A DNA stretch of 64,000 bases from NCBI GenBank assembly GCA_951406725.2, contig OX597825.1:31186001-31250000 (forward strand), in the 5' to 3' direction. Below the pieces are notes generated by a model that ran no database searches, was not told the DNA's origin, and saw only the letters and a program-made list of their open reading frames with translations. Positions 62,881 through 64,000 of this stretch are shown here, piece by piece. Both the position numbers and the translations under genes were made by a program. This DNA comes from Octopus vulgaris. Taxonomy: Eukaryota. Position 1 is the stretch's first letter; every line of letters begins with the position of its first letter.

Positions 62881-63303
62881 TCAACCTTTTTGATACCAAT
62901 CTCCCTGAAACAACCCTTGGTTCCATGATATAAACTCTTGGATTTAAAATGGGCTAAATTAAAACTATTGAAAAGGTTGCAAGACACAACGAAAATTTTA
63001 GGAAAATAAAAATAAGGAAAAAGTGGAAATTTTACCAGTGAGTGTGTTACATTATAAGGCACAAAAAGAAAATCTCCCCAGACACAACAGCATATACTTC
63101 AACACATGAACTTATATAAAGAATCTTGCAAACCAAATCCAAAAACGAAATAAATTAAAAACCTTCCATTAAAATTCCATGCTAATTTATGGTCAAAACA
63201 CCGGTTTAATAATGACAAAGTTATTTTATTGAATCGCTCGTTATTTTCAAAAGTGAGACAAAAGCAGTGAATTATAATAGAAATACAATAACAAAAAGGT
63301 TGA
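62881..63303. mobile_element. MITE family A split by a hammerhead-bearing element
   Basis: TCAACCTTTTTGATACC ... AAAAAGGTTGA; halves rejoin at TAAATTAAAA. Confidence 0.7.
62964..63155 (+). mobile_element. Short element (putative Penelope-like terminal repeat) starting with a U3/A8 hammerhead-like motif
   Basis: CTA|TTGAAAA|G-GTTG-CAAGACA-CAAC|GAAA|AT|TT|TAG, then AATAAA; 10-bp direct repeat TAAATTAAAA at 62955 and 63151. Confidence 0.6.
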
Positions 63304-64000
63304 AGAGTGATATTTTTTTATGCTTCTGAATAAACAGAATGGTTTAATGTATGAATCCTGGGTTTTTTAGCATAGACACACCATATCTGTGTATTGTAAG
63401 GAGCATCTACAAGGGTCGATGTGAGGAAGGGCACCTGGCCATAATACTTTGCCTCAAAGCAGCCTGCATGACCCATACCAGAATGGAAAAGCACATGTAA
63501 AAATGAAGAAGGGTTTTGTTGTTGTTGTTGTTTTTTAATAGTTGAGTCTAGAGCAAAGGCAATGCCCTAACCCACGTTGCTCTTAAACCATTAAAAAAAA
63601 AAATGTGAATTACAAGTGTTTCAGAATGGGCAATAATACAAAATGATGAAAAATAACCCCTGCCAAAAAAAAAAAAAATTATTTACTGCGGCAGCTATTC
63701 AGAACGTATAATAAAGAGTGGTTAAGAGATTTGAAACTATGGATTATTGGAATTTTTTTTTTATGCAAATTACATGTATTTTAGAACGTGGGATATTATT
63801 AAATAGGGAAAAATCCCAATGATGAAACAGGGAAGGGTGTTGAAAGACATGGGTTTTTAAAAAAAGGTTGGGGTTTTTTATGTGATTTACAGGTTTTAGA
63901 ATATGGAATATTATAAAATGACAAAAAATACTGAAAAAAAATTATCTCAAAACAAGTAATTCTATTTTATTTATGACTGCTATTCTGACAGACCACCATA

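Overview
AT-rich eukaryotic genomic DNA dominated by microsatellites and transposable elements. The repeat landscape is most consistent with a coleoid cephalopod such as Octopus (my inference from repeat families, not verified). I found no intact host protein-coding exon, tRNA gene or CRISPR array, and almost all track ORFs are microsatellite or SINE translations, so this looks like a large intron or gene desert. Contents: several tRNA-derived SINE families; many 5'-truncated RTE LINE 3' ends; CR1, R4/Dong, L1/Tx1-ORF1 and Penelope-like (GIY-YIG) fragments; piggyBac-type, hAT and Tigger MITEs; mariner and maT (DD37D) derivatives; non-autonomous Helitrons; and fossil hAT transposases. Many are nested, with readable target-site duplications. 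The most notable signal is a set of short elements, several embedded in (TA)n, carrying minimal type-I hammerhead-ribozyme motifs with non-canonical cores (U3/A8 covariation, or C at U4). One of them shares an identical 24-mer with a Penelope-like GIY-YIG fragment. A separate 73-nt four-helix motif contains all hammerhead core parts in a rearranged, pseudoknotted order. All coordinates and pairings were read by eye; boundaries of decayed elements are approximate.
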